Assembly (NCBI GenBank): GCA_051453625.1
Contig: JBOZIK010000001.1
Span: 5,025,464-5,080,888, forward strand
Reading direction: 5' to 3'
Origin: Welwitschia mirabilis
Lineage: Eukaryota
DNA: 55,425 bases
Shown here: positions 12,450 through 25,854 of the stretch, piece by piece
How the letters are laid out: every line of letters begins with the position of its first letter
Numbering within the stretch: the stretch's first letter is position 1
Translations under genes and position numbers: made by a program
Notes under the pieces: generated by a model
What the model saw: only the letters and a program-made list of their open reading frames with translations
Database searches by the model: none
What the model was told of the DNA's origin: nothing

Positions 12450-14311
12450 TCTTTTATTTTCATTTTCTTCTCAAGTATTCTTTTTTTATTATACATGGTC
12501 CTTTTCTTAAGGATCCCTTTTTTGTAGGTAATATCAAAATATTTATTTTTATAAGATTATTAGGGTAATTACTTTAATTTTTAATATTCATGCTTCACCA
12601 TTTAAGATATGGCCTAATGCCTCTTCCATGGTATTTCTTAGAATTCTACAAATGTTTATTTTACTAAATTAGAAATTCAATAGAGGGCTTCTCAATTAGG
12701 ATTTTCTTGTGTACTATATTTGAATTTAATTTATCTTTACATTTTTTCCTCTTTTCATCTTTGACATGCCATGTTCTTATACATCTTATATTCTTTGTAT
12801 GCTTCTTTTAATTCTTAGAACAATACCATAGTGTACCATATGCATGATTTGATTATTATTTTTAATGAGAATATATGTTTATTCTTTAGTTTAAGTAAGG
12901 GAAATAATCTTTTCTTTAAAGATAACCCTTCTAATTATAAGTATAGGGAATTATTATTTAAGTTATTAGATGATTTTATTTTCATAATGGAAGTACATAC
13001 CAATAGGTATGATGTTACTACTATTAACTTTATAACACCTTACTATGCTACTTGTGACTAACTCACAGCTTGTTAAGTCTTCTTACAAGACCACACTAGT
13101 GTGATACCTCATTATGCCATCTATCTGACTTATTTTATTATCAGAGGATTTCTTTTAATTGGGCCTCTACCATTTTTTCTTCTACTTTAGCTAACTTATC
13201 TATCTAAAAAGAGGCATAGATTGAGGAAAGCATTTTCATAGTCATGTATTCTTAGGACTATATGTCATAAGTATTAGGTTAGAAAGTCTACAATCATTTT
13301 TTACTTCTTCAATCAATACTTTCTTTCTATTCCTCCTTCAATGAAATTATTTTGGCATAGTAGAAGAAGAAGGGTTAGGCATGTATAATCCTAATGAATC
13401 TTCTGAGGATATTATCCTTATCTTCTTTGAGGTAGAAACTTAAGATGCTTTTTTCTATAATGGTGTAATGATAATTATGAATTTTATTTTTCTTATATGT
13501 AGATGAATAGGATGATATCTTTTAGTTTATGAAACTCTTCATGTCATTATAATGATAAAGACATTTTATGATCTATTTCTTTTGAAGCAAACGAAGAGGA
13601 TATATCCCTCATCATTTTTCATTGGGCCCAGACTTATAGGGTGAGTCCATTTTAATGCTATTTGTTTTTATTTATTTTATTCTAATATGAGATGGATCAT
13701 TTGATTTATAGAGTTTTAAGACCTTCCTTGTGGTGGATGAGGAGGAGGTAGAGCTTACTTTTTTATGTGCTCTACTAAACTTGAAATAAATAAGAAAGTA
13801 CGTAATTATAGTGAGTGATTCCATAAGTTTATTTTTATCTAGTTTTTAGATGTTTCTTTCTAACTTAGATTTGAATCTTTATGATGAATTTTTTGATTTT
13901 GATGATCTATCACCATAAGGGAACCTATCTTATCCCACCCGTTATTTTCCTTCTTCTACACTATAGGTTTTCTGGTTACTAAGAAAACTTTATAATCCTT
14001 CTATTACCCTTTCCATGTGCCTAAGAGTATAGCTAATGAGGTGGCCTAAGTTACCAATTAGACTGATTAGATTCTTTTGATGTTAGATTTACTTTCTATA
14101 AATGTCTAGGAGTCGATATACAAAGTTGTAAAATTTTAGGATGTTCATGACATTATTTGTATGTAGGTAATTCACCCTTCATAAGTAGATGATTTATAAT
14201 CCTTTTAATACTCTCATGCCATAAAATTCCCTCATGACTATTAATAAGAAAGAGGACCTAATTTAATTTCCATTATATAACTCAATGGGAGTCATCACAA
14301 TAGGTGCATGA
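12450..14311 (-). pseudogene. Possible decayed reading frame of unknown identity, cut by element B
   Basis: Long minus-strand stretches translate as protein-like text if stops are read as decayed Gln/Arg/Trp codons, e.g. SCTYCDDSH*VI*WKLN*VLFLINSHEGILWHESIKRIINHLLMKGELP and CELVTSSIVRCYKVNSSNIIPIGMYFHYENKII. No family recognised. Confidence 0.3.
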
Positions 14312-15664
14312 TGTTACAAGACCAAATTAGCCATATTTAACATTAAATTCAAGGATGTTTTTGGGTCATTTAGATAGGTTCATTTACGAATATGGAAACT
14401 TTGTTAAAATTTCATGATTAGAAAAAATTAGATATATTTTAATTATATTTGACTCTTTTCTTATTTTGATTAAAGACTCATCTATTCTACCCAATATGAA
14501 GATGATCAAAAGATGACTAAAGCATCAACATAGGAGTATGTAACATTGTAATGACTACAAAAGAGTTTACATAAGACACAAAAAATCTAAGATATGAATT
14601 TAACCATGAAAAACGTATCAAAGTTTAAAATCATACTCAAGGCTAATAATTAGAGATGATGGAGATACAATTAGTGTCTCGTCATTCCTTTATATAGATG
14701 ATACTACTAGATGACTAACAATAGTTTTTCAATAGAAAATCCTAAGTTTGGAATTGTTGTTCATAGTGTTATCTAGGTGACATCATGGACGACATGTCAA
14801 TAAACTCATCACAACGTAATTAAATGTCATGCATCTATAGGGAACTAAGGGTGTTTTCTTCCTAGTTATTTAGATAACAGTAAAGATAATATTCAAATTT
14901 GACAAGTTTTAAAAATTAAGGAGCAATTGCCACTATTATTTACCTAGTCATATATTAGTAATCCTATTCGCCCTCCCTTAAGATTACATTTTATCATCTT
15001 TTTATAAATCTTAATCTTGTAACAAATTGGAGATGAAAGAGGTAAAGGAATTTATTTTAGCTTGTGAGAAAGATGTCCTTAGTGGTAAGATATGATTTTT
15101 ACATTAATGATCTTTTGCTTAAAAGTGGATGTAAGACAATTTGATTAATTAACAAAGATTGATTGAATTGTATTTCTCTTATGAAATCTCTTATATTTCT
15201 TATAATTCATGTTAATTTTAATCTAGTAACATTATTTTGTAGTTAATATAAGGATAAACCTAAGTGATATTAGATTGGTAAATTGCTTAGTATTTGAATT
15301 TAGATTGCATTCATTTAATTACATAATATTTCACTTCATTTCATTATCATCCATTGCATTCACTACATTTGCATTGCTTACATCATCAAAACTATCATTA
15401 TAATCATCATTAAAAATATCATCATCATCATCTTCTTCCTAACCTAATTAATTCAAAAATCACATATTCATATTCTCTTCTCATCTATTTCAAATCAATT
15501 TTTGCAATTCCCTATTATGAGTCTTCTATAGAGTATGACATTTTGGGTTGATCTCACTATACATGTGTATCTAATGCAAGCAAATAGACATTCAATTTTC
15601 AAGTGTTTAGATTAAAGATACATTGAGGTAATCCACATTTTAAGCATAAATATGCATCAAAATA
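14312..15664 (+). repeat. 5' LTR of element B
   Basis: Starts TGTTACAAGACCAAATTAGCCATAT (compare TATTGCAAGATCAAATTGGCCATAT at 34060). Ends ...CATCAAAATA (decayed CA terminus) before TTT and the PBS, the same spacing as in elements A and D. Confidence 0.82.
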
Positions 15665-15667
15665 TTT

Positions 15668-15685
15668 TAATACCATTGTTAGGAA
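15668..15685 (+). promoter_or_regulatory. Decayed tRNA-Asp PBS of element B
   Basis: TAATACCATTGTTAGGAA differs from TGGCGCCGTTGCCGGGGA only by G>A and C>T transitions. Confidence 0.7.
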
Positions 15686-16699
15686 AGACTTCAAGGAAAT
15701 TGGAAATTTTTATCAGTTAAGTAAGCATGTTGAATTAATTAAATTTGTTTAATTAAATAGTGTTTTAGCATATCTTATTTTGGATATTCTTTCTTCTAAC
15801 TAATTACCTTTTAAGATCTATAAGTGATTACTTGATTATCCAATTTAAGTATACTTTAATTTTATTTTCTTACTAATTTCTTTTATTATGAACTGTTTCA
15901 TTTTTTTGATTAATCTATTTTTGAAAAACCTACATATCAATTTAACATTCTATATTTTAAAAATATTTTTATATATTGGCATTTTACATTTTTGAAATTA
16001 TTGGTATTAGGCCTACTCTCTCCTTTAAGAAAGAGTTGACATTTCTTGATTAGATCTAATCCTAAAAATTCATGTGATCTTGGGGATTATTAAATCATTT
16101 ACTCCAAACTTGGCTGACACTTTATGATTTATGTGATCTAAGTAATTACCACATCCACTTGGTTGAACCTACTTCTCACACCTTTGAGTAATCTTAAAGA
16201 GTATTACTACTTGAATATAAATAAGTTTATTTAATTTATGTTGACTATGTAGGAAAATAGTAAATAAGAAAAAAAGAAAATACACAAGAGGTAAGAAATT
16301 TCTTAAAGAAAAGATCACATAAGTTATAGTGGATTTGAATATAAAAACTAAAGGTAAGAAATAAAACTTTATTTCTAGAATAGAAAAAGGATGATTTTTT
16401 ACATTTACTATTTCTTGTTCTCTTTCTTCTAGAAATTTGGTTAATCTTGAAAATTAATTAATTTTCAATTGTTCCTTATCTATTTCACTTTATTCTTCTA
16501 AAACTTCTATACTAAAGTATTTAACTCCTATAATTACAACTTCTAAATTAATTGTTACATCCACTACTTCTTTGGAATGTTTCTTCAAGGAATCTTCAAA
16601 TAAANNNNNNNNNNATATTAGGAGCTTCTAGATCTAGTATCACTTTCAAAACCTTATAAGAAAAGGAAAAAAGATCATTTCAGAATCAGTTTTACCTAT

Positions 16700-19635
16700 T
16701 AGCTAGTAATGATGTGGAGTTAAAAAACTTGAATGCATATCCTATCATTTTAAGAGAGGATAATGAGGACCCCTTACAACACATAACTAACATTAAACAA
16801 CTAATTTTCACTTTAGGAAATGGTAAGACTATAATTTTAAATCATACCTACATTATCATATTTTCTTTTACCCTTAAAGGAAAAGTTAAAAATTATCTAA
16901 AAACTATCCTATACAAAAGCCTTAAGAATTAGAACTAAGTGTAAGAATCCTTCATGAAGGAATTCATGAATGAAATAACCATGAGAAGAAGAAGAGAAAA
17001 AGTAACTAACTTTCAATAATACCCTTATGAATATTATGCTTCTACCTATAAGAGATTTGTAACTGCCACATCTTCCAACCTAGTGAATAGATCCATAATA
17101 TAAGAAATCATAAATCATTTTTATAGTGTATTGAATAGCCAAATTTAAAAACTTGTATACTTTTCATGTGTTGGAAAATTACTTTTCTTGACATTAGATG
17201 ATTCTTGGAGTTTTTAAAAAACTTAGTAAAAGGAAGTCAAACTTGTCCTAGACCTTCACCTAAAGAAAACAAAATTGTGAGTCAAATATGTAAAGATTTG
17301 AAGAAGATGCAACATTAAAAAGAATAATAAAATTCTAACACCCTTCTTAAGGATCTTGGTAGTAATTTGAAGAGTTACATGAGAGCATTAGATGATGCTA
17401 AAATGGTAAGTCTAACATCCAAACCTTCAAACTCTTTCAACCAATGTGAAGTATGTGAATAATGTTTTCACTATATTAAGGAATGCCTTGCCCTACCAAC
17501 TTATAGAGAAGTTATTTATAATGAAGTTTGTACATTTAACTAAAGGCCAAAAAAATTTAGAAATAATTGATCATATCCACTAATAAATAATGAAACTTTA
17601 ACATCATTCAAACTTTTATTTACAAATAGATTTGAAAGTAATAACTTTTAGCTCAACTTTTCAAAGTATAATAGGAGTAATTCCATGAAATATTCTATGA
17701 AAGAATTAAAAAATATGCAATAAAATTAGAATAGTTATTTCAAAAATTTAGTTATAATAATTTAGCAAAACATGATAGGGAGTCAAAAAGCTTAAGGATT
17801 ACTTGCCATTTAAACTATTTTAAAACTCAAGAATGTAAAAAAAGATTGAAAAGTGGTTAGAAAAAGTGGACATGATACAACTTCCTTTGAATAAAAATAT
17901 ACTTCTAACAATAAAAATAAGAAAGTAAATAATGAGAAAGACATTGTAGTTCTTGATCAACTAAAAATTCCTCCAATATCTAGCCAAAAATCCAACTCTT
18001 AACAATTGGAAAAAGGGCTATTATCCCATGGATGAATAGATTAAACATAATCAAACTTATGATAAAACTTTAAAGGAAATCATAAATGATGTTAGCATGA
18101 ACATATCCCTTTGGAAGATCCTTCAAGATAATTCAAAATACAACAAGATATGAAAGTACCTAGTGAGAATAAAGAAAAACAGATTAATACCAAGTAAAGT
18201 ATTCATTGCTCAATCTCTTTTAAAATTGGTTATGAAAAAATGTCCTAAGTTTAAAGACCTAGGGTATTCATGATATGTGATTTTCCAAGGGAAATAAAAA
18301 ATATTAAGAAATCATTAACTAAAACAATTACAATTATGAACATCATGACTTCATACATTTGTAAGAGGTTTAGGTTGGAAAGAAGAATTGAACTCACTAA
18401 AATAGTGTTAAGATTGGTAGATGCAATAATCAAGAGACTTATAAGAGTGATAAAACATTTATTAATTCAAATTAAAAAATATTTCTAAATATATATGTGA
18501 TCATTATTAAAGTGAAACATAAGGGAGGCTAGCCTTTACTTCTATAAAGACCTTTTTGTATAGCTTCCCATTGTGTTATTGATACCTACATAGGAATGAT
18601 GGAATGTCGTATTGACAATAAGATGTTTAGCATTAGAGTATTTAATGTACTCATAACAAAAATGGAAGATGAATTAAGTGTTGAAGAATTAGTAAAACCC
18701 TTCATTCTAGATTAATAACACCCCTTAGAAGAAAAGCATTTTCATTACTTGCCTCTATTTTATTTGATAATGAGGAAGAATATTCCACAATTTTGAAAAT
18801 CTAAATTTTTCTAATTCATGTAATCTCAATCAAGATCTCTTATATAATACTCTATGTTAAGAAATCCATAAATAATTTAATCCTATCCTTGATCATGATA
18901 TTTAACATGTTAGATCCATTAAAAATATTTTACATCAAGATGAGTGTTTCACAATCATGAAGGATGATCATAACCTTAAGATTAATAAATTATCTAATGA
19001 TCTAAAATATATTTTCTTGGAAAACAACTTAAAAAACCCCTAATCATAAATTATTTTATTTATTCTTCCCAATAAAAAGCCTTGATGTAAATTTTAACTT
19101 TAAAAATGAAAGATTTTTCTTAAACTAATAAATATCTAAATTCCATACCTTCTCCTATTGTCCAACATAAGATATATGTATAAGACAATGTAAAATCCAT
19201 TAAGCAATTTAAAAAAACTTAATCCTATCTTTAAGTGAGTAGTCAAAGATGAAATCATTAAACCTATAAATGTTGAGATCATTTATGCTATTTCTAATAG
19301 TGAATGAGTTAGTCCTCTTATAATAGTGCCCAGAAAGGGGGAAATGATAAGTATGCATTAATTTTAGAAAACTTAATGATATTACCAAAAAAATCATTAG
19401 CCTTTTTTTTATACATCAAGTTCTTAATAGAATCCAAGGCCATCCTTATTATAGTTTTTTGATGAATATAGTGAATACAACCAAGTTTTCATAGCTAATG
19501 AGTATTAATCCAAGACTACTTTCACCTCTTTGTTGAAAGAACGCCCTTTGGTTTATGAAATACTCCACGAAATTCTCAAAGAACCATGATGAGTATTTTC
19601 TCTAATACAATAGAAGAATATATTACATCAAAAAC
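16700..19635 (+). pseudogene. gag-pol: gag, protease and N-terminal RT of element B
   Basis: gag EDNEDPLQHI, FSFTLKGKVKNYLKT; protease LRLVDAIIKRLIRVIKHLLIQI, PLLL*RPFC; RT IIYAISNSE*VSPLIIVPRKG, VCINFRKLNDITKK, YSEYNQV, KTTFT, PFGL*NTP, MMSIFS. Confidence 0.88.
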
Positions 19636-19637
19636 AT

Positions 19638-20106
19638 TGATGTAATGTATAATTTATTTCAGTTTTTAATATAAAACTTGGTTAAGGCATTTCATTGTTA
19701 ATGCATAAATTCATTTGGTATTAGCAACACTCAGGTAGGATCAATTCTAGAATTTGTTTAAACTCTATATATATTATTGCATATTAATTTATCATTAGTA
19801 ATATTTAGATATAACTAATTCTAATTGTGTTTCATACTTCTATTATTATTGTACATTATCTTGGCATTAGTAATTTTTATATGGAGCTTACTTGTTTATT
19901 AAGTTTCAAGATATAGGAATCATTGGAGTAAGGATGGAGAGTTGAATAATATAATTAGATCCTTGAAGTGTTTTGTTCCCTTGCATTACCAATTGAATAT
20001 AACTTCATGTATCCTTTGATTAAATTCACCACATATATCCTTGTGGAAGAATGATAACTAAGTGTAAACTTAGTTTTTAATCTGAATCACTACAAATCCA
20101 TGATCA
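19638..20106 (+). repeat. Truncated 5' LTR of element C (3' portion only)
   Basis: Colinear with 25331-25854 and followed by the PBS. Confidence 0.8.
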
Positions 20107-23100
20107 AATTTTTGGCACTGTCATGGACATACATTTGCATGGTAATTTAATAGTGCATGATTTTCTTCTTGCAAATTTTTTTAATAGTTTTCATTTTTCC
20201 AATGATGATTACTAGTCCTCTTTCTAGTGATATTCAAACTAGTCCTTTTCTATTTATTTTATGTGTTTTTATTTTTCATTTAGTGGTAGGTACTAGTTCG
20301 TATCTAGTAAAAATTCAATTGGTTAAAATTATTAAGTTTGGTTATCTTTTCTCATAGTTGAAACTTCATTTTCAAATCTAACATTTCATATTACAAGTCT
20401 AATAACTCTTTCTGTAGGTGTAATCGAAGAATGTGAAATTAAACTAAAATAGAATCTCTAATAATTTGTTGTGTATTTCTTTTTGATTGCTATAAATTCT
20501 CATAAATTTTTCAATTCTGTGAGTTTTTATGTCTATTAAAAATTTTAAGAAAAATTAAAAACATTAGGTTTTTTTTCAAAGTTAAAGTTTCATAATATTA
20601 TGTTGTTTTGGATTTCTATTTAATTTTTGTCATAAAACCATTTTGCACTAATCAATTAAGTCCTCTATCTTTTTTCTAAATCCTTTTCTTCAAACATTCT
20701 AATTCCATTGCATTCCTTGACTAGCATTACTAGGATTCATTTCCTGAATCTTCTATAACTTGGACTGAGTCCTTTAATCATATTTCTGAGCACTCTAAGA
20801 TTACAAACCTTCTTCAAAATTGAGAAAAATATAGAAAATATGAATATTTAGCTAAAATTATAACCATTTTTATCCCTTGATAATGATTTAGGCACATTAT
20901 TCATTTTAGACACGTTCTAATCTAAATCCTATCTACCCTTATAATTTCTAGCATCACAAATAATCTAAACAAACTATAGGCGATATTTTTGATTAAGACA
21001 AATATTTGAATAGTTCACTCAATCCCATTCATACTTGGATCAACCTCCTTATAACTTTCTGAATTCCAAAATCCTTATATCAATCCATAAGAGTTTGACT
21101 CCTCACGATTCATATCCATTAACCTCATATTCATCATCCTTTTATTCTTATNNNNNNNNNNNNNNNNNNNNNNNNNNNNNNNNNNNNNNNNNNNNNNNNN
21201 NNNNNNNNNNNNNNNNNNNNNNNNNNNNNNNNNNNNNNNNNNNNNNNNNNNNNNNNNNNNNNNNNNNNNNNNNNNNNNNNNNNNNNNNNNNNNNNNNNNN
21301 NNNNNNNNNNNNNNNNNNNNNNNNNNNNNNNNNNNNNNNNNNNNNNNNNNNNNNNNNNNNNNNNNNNNNNNNNNNNNNNNNNNNNNNNNNNNNNNNNNNN
21401 NNNNNNNNNNNNNNNNNNNNNNNNNNNNNNNNNNNNNNNNNNNNNNNNNNNNNNNNNNNNNNNNNNNNNNNNNNNNNNNNNNNNNNNNNNNNNNNNNNNN
21501 NNNNNNNNNNNNNNNNNNNNNNNNNNNNNNNNNNNNNNNNNNNNNNNNNNNNNNNNNNNNNNNNNNNNNNNNNNNNNNNNNNNNNNNNNNNNNNNNNNNN
21601 NNNNNNNNNNNNNNNNNNNNNNNNNNNNNNNNNNNNNNNNNNNNNNNNNNNNNNNNNNNNNNNNNNNNNNNNNNNNNNNNNNNNNNNNNNNNNNNNNNNN
21701 NNNNNNNNNNNNNNNNNNNNNNNNNNNNNNNNNNNNNNNNNNNNNNNNNNNNNNNNNNNNNNNNNNNNNNNNNNNNNNNNNNNNNNNNNNNNNNNNNNNN
21801 NNNNNNNNNNNNNNNNNNNNNNNNNNNNNNNNNNNNNNNNNNNNNNNNNNNNNNNNNNNNNNNNNNNNNNNNNNNNNNNNNNNNNNNNNNNNNNNNNNNN
21901 NNNNNNNNNNNNNNNNNNNNNNNNNNNNTATTCATCATCCTTTGATCCATATGTTTCATCTTTCAAAACTTAACAACCCTCTTTAAATTCCTTGGAAGAA
22001 ATTCTTACAAGATTCATGGAAGCCCAAATGCAAACAAACTAAAGGCTTGAGTAAAATATCCAATAATTAAACTAAGTCACTACTTAAATCTTTACTATAC
22101 ATAATAAACAAGAAGGAAAAAAAAATCCTTCCACATTCTATGAGCTTAAAAACTTAAAAAACATTAAAGGAATTAATGAAAATAACATTAACAACATCCA
22201 AAACATATCCATTAGGATTAATGAAGAAAACTTTAAAGCCCACAACAAAACCAATGAAGATACCCAAGATGACCTTGAGTATAGAAATACCTTAAAGAGT
22301 AAATAGTTGAATGCAAATAGGCTATACTAGAGAGTAAGATTAGACACTTAAAATGATGATGATTAATCCATAATTAGTGAGTAAATATATGACAAAAAGG
22401 AAAATTATAATTTTATACATCCGACGACAAATCAATAAATGATATTAATAAAATAGATAATCTTAAACATGAATCTATTTTTGAGCCTTAAGATTTATTA
22501 CATATGTATCAAATGAAGAAGAATCCTTTAAGAATCTTAATGAGAAAAGGAACATTAATCAAGAGCCATTTTAAAATCCATTCTTTGAGTAATATTTTTC
22601 TCAAGAACATCTTGAGCTAATCATGATATTTTTATCTTTACCTTCTCAGCAAGACTTAAATTTTGATGATGAAGATAAGCCTTTTACACCTTTGGTACCA
22701 TATTATGATATGTTATTTTATAATCATATGTCTAACTCCAAAAGTTTCTAATACATATTTATCTTCAACTGAACATAATATCTTGCATGAGTTGTTCAAT
22801 AAACAGAAATAGGCTAAGGATTGAAAGATTTCTAGTTTCAAAAAAATTAATTTTACTGCTAGCATTAGTGTTCTTTCATATTTTATAAATTTATGCATAA
22901 TTGTTTATAGGAACATGATCTCCTATTTAAATGCTTTAAATATTTTGATTCATCATTTAACTTTGGTATTCATCTATTCTAAATCTTTGCATGTGTAATA
23001 CCTTCGGAAAATCTTTAAAGACTTTTTAGCTTCCTTGTGGGATTTTAAAGTAGAATTTTATTTTAGAATAAATTTCCCTTTTAAAATAGATTTGGATTTA

Positions 23101-24566
23101 AAAGATATAAAAATATTGAAAATTTTGTTCTTGATGGACTTTCACACCTCAAAGCACCTAAGCACTTCCACCTATATAATCATATACTTAAAAATTTTTA
23201 GTAGGAAATTCAAAGTTTCAATCATAATATCAAATAATTCATCATTTCCTTTGATTTCATCTTTCATCATATTCCATTTGGTTCCATCTAATAAATTCCA
23301 CCAACCACGCTCCCCTTCTATTTATCCACAAATTTCTAAGATTAGATGATCTTGATTGATGGCCCTTAATTAAAATAAATCATTAATAAGTGGTTGCATT
23401 ATCATTTCAAACTAGATAGAATTTAATTTTATATGTAGTTTTTTAAGAAAAGAATTTTTTTTAATTTTTGAATTAACTTATTAAGGTTTAGTTTCAATTA
23501 AGGTCTTTAAATGGAAAATATAATTGAATTAAGGTATAATTTACTTTCATGCTAAGCAAATTGTTTCAAATCATTTTATAGGAGTAAAGATTATTTTGAT
23601 TAGGCTAATGAGCTAATGAATACTTCGTGTGCATTAAAAATTATTAAATATGATAAGGAGGATTAAAAGAACATGAAATATGTCCTCTTCAAAAGCGCAT
23701 TTGTTGTTGATCAACAATTAAAACATAGGTTTAGCTAACTACATCAAGGCCATGACTGCTTATTGGAAATGTAGCTCTAATAATTTAATTTATGACATAC
23801 TCAACTACATAGGGGATATAAACACTTGCTGGTAATGCAACATTAACTCCTTTATATACTAACATCTTTAACTATATTAAAAGGAGATGTCATAGTAATG
23901 AATGCCTAATTGAATCAAAGTGCTTAAAATAAGGGATAAAACATGATTGTGGAAAAAGATAAATTGAAATGAAAAAGGTGGAATTAAAAGATGCTTTTGT
24001 GTTTACTTTTTTTAAACTTGTGTACTTGGAAATTTTTCTTAATTTATTTTTGTTTACTTAAAGGTTTACTTAGATGATATATTATTTATGTGATAAATGT
24101 AATACATCTTAAATTTAGAATAAACTTTGTGAAATTTTCAATAAATATAACCATTAACTTAGGTATTCTATTTTTTTGATTTAGTGGATAATGGGATTTT
24201 TCATTAGGTTTTAAGTCTTGTGTTCCCTAAAAATTTTATTTTAGTTTAAGACTTGCATTGCATTGTTTTTCCTAAGTATATACATCGAATCATTCACTAG
24301 CCATGTAATTGACTTGTTACAAAAAGCTTTGTAAACTTTTCTATCCTTGTAACTCTAAGGATAATGTTTAATTTTGGTTACAATGTATGACGTTCAATTT
24401 TGTAGAAATTTTTTCATTCTGATATATAATTTTCAAAAGATTAATCAAAATTTTAAAAAATATCATATTATTTGCTTATTTTCCATTTTCACTTAGTCAA
24501 TTTTTCTGTGTCATCATTTCTTCATTAACTTTTTGCTAAGGGATTAGTAAAACACTAGTTAAGGGG

Positions 24567-25854
24567 TGTTTTTGCATGCTAAAATTGATATTATTATTAC
24601 ATATTAATATTTACTACCCTTTTTATTACTTTTACATGAAATTATGGACTTTCTGTAATATGAATAGACATATTATGGCCTTTAGAAGAAATCTTTTTAA
24701 AATGAAGAACTTTTAGCATTAAATGCTGATGTCACTAGGCAGAACAACTAGTGCCATTGGATTTTTGAGGAAGAGTATCAAATAATTCACATTCTTACAC
24801 CTATTTTGGGGGTTAAAAATTTTACACTTATGGGCTCAGTTGGACATAAATTAGAGTTAACCTTAAACTACAACAATATGTGGCAAAAGTACAAATCAAT
24901 ACATCGCAATAACATGTGGTGCAATAAGGTTGATGAGATAAAGTTACATGATGTGGCATTTATTGGTAGCATTATTAGTAGTTAAAGAACACGTTATCAT
25001 CATGTTTTTACTTTATAACAAAGGAATCCTCTTTATGACTACATGTCAAACACATCTGTAACTCCCTCCTTATGTAACTGCCCTTAAGTAACTCTTCTTA
25101 TATAACCACCACCTAATGCATAAAGACAACACCTAATGAAATCATCACAAAACCTCGTTAAGTCTTTCCTAATTTATAAAAGGGCCTTGATAGCCTATCA
25201 TAAGAATTTTTTGGTTGGATTAATATGAGAAGGACTTGGAGGCTAGAATGTCATATCACTCTAATACTCTTTCTTGGTGGCAGAATGATTTGAGGCTATT
25301 TGAAGAGTTCTTCTTGTTATTCTCTTTAAATGATGTAATGCGTAATACATTTTAGTTTTTAATATAAGAATTGGTTTAAGACATTTCATTATTAATGCAC
25401 AAATTAATTTTTATTTACAATATTTAAATAGGATGAATTCTATAATTATCTTAAAATTTTTAATTATTATTACACATCAATTTAACATTAGCAATATTTG
25501 GATAGAACTAATTCTAAGTGTGTTTCATACTTTTATTAATATTACACATTAATTTGACATTAGAAATTTTTAGGTAAAGATCACTTGTTTATTAAATTTC
25601 AAGATACAGAAATCACTAGAATAAGGGGATAGAGTTAGATAACTTGATTAGATCCTTAGAGCATGTTCGTTTCCTTGTGTTACTGATTGAAGATCTTCTT
25701 TCAACTTTTTGATTGTCAATTTTGTTTAAGTTTTTAATTATAAGTTAAAATGTTTATGTATATTTTAATTAAATTCATCATAGATATCCTTGTGAAAGAA
25801 TGATAACTAACTACAAACTTAGTTTTAATCCAAATCACTATAAAGCCATAATCA
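24567..25854 (+). repeat. 3' LTR of element C (~1.29 kb)
   Basis: Follows the AAGGGG PPT, contains TATAAAAGGG at ~25176 and ends ATCA, after which host RT resumes (YSKICK). Exact start is uncertain by about 2 nt. Confidence 0.72.

Larger units (their letters stand above)
19638..25854 (+). mobile_element. Element C: non-autonomous (pol-less) Athila-derived LTR element nested in the RT of B; 5' LTR truncated
   Basis: 19638-20106 aligns with 25331-25854 and both end ATCA. PBS-like TGGCACTGTCATGG at 20113; Athila-type PPT context TTGCTAAGGGATTAGTAAAACACTAGTTAAGGGGTG at ~24533-24568. No RT, RNase H or integrase motifs in the gap-free 21929-24560 interval. Confidence 0.8.

Noticed and set aside
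19638..25854. Reading element C as having short TGAT...ATCA LTRs (19638-20106 and 25331-25854)
   Set aside because: No PPT precedes 25331, the flanks do not form a TSD, a PPT context lies at ~24560 with a TATA box at ~25176, and host RT sequence is missing at the left junction. Truncation fits better, though the alternative is not fully excluded.
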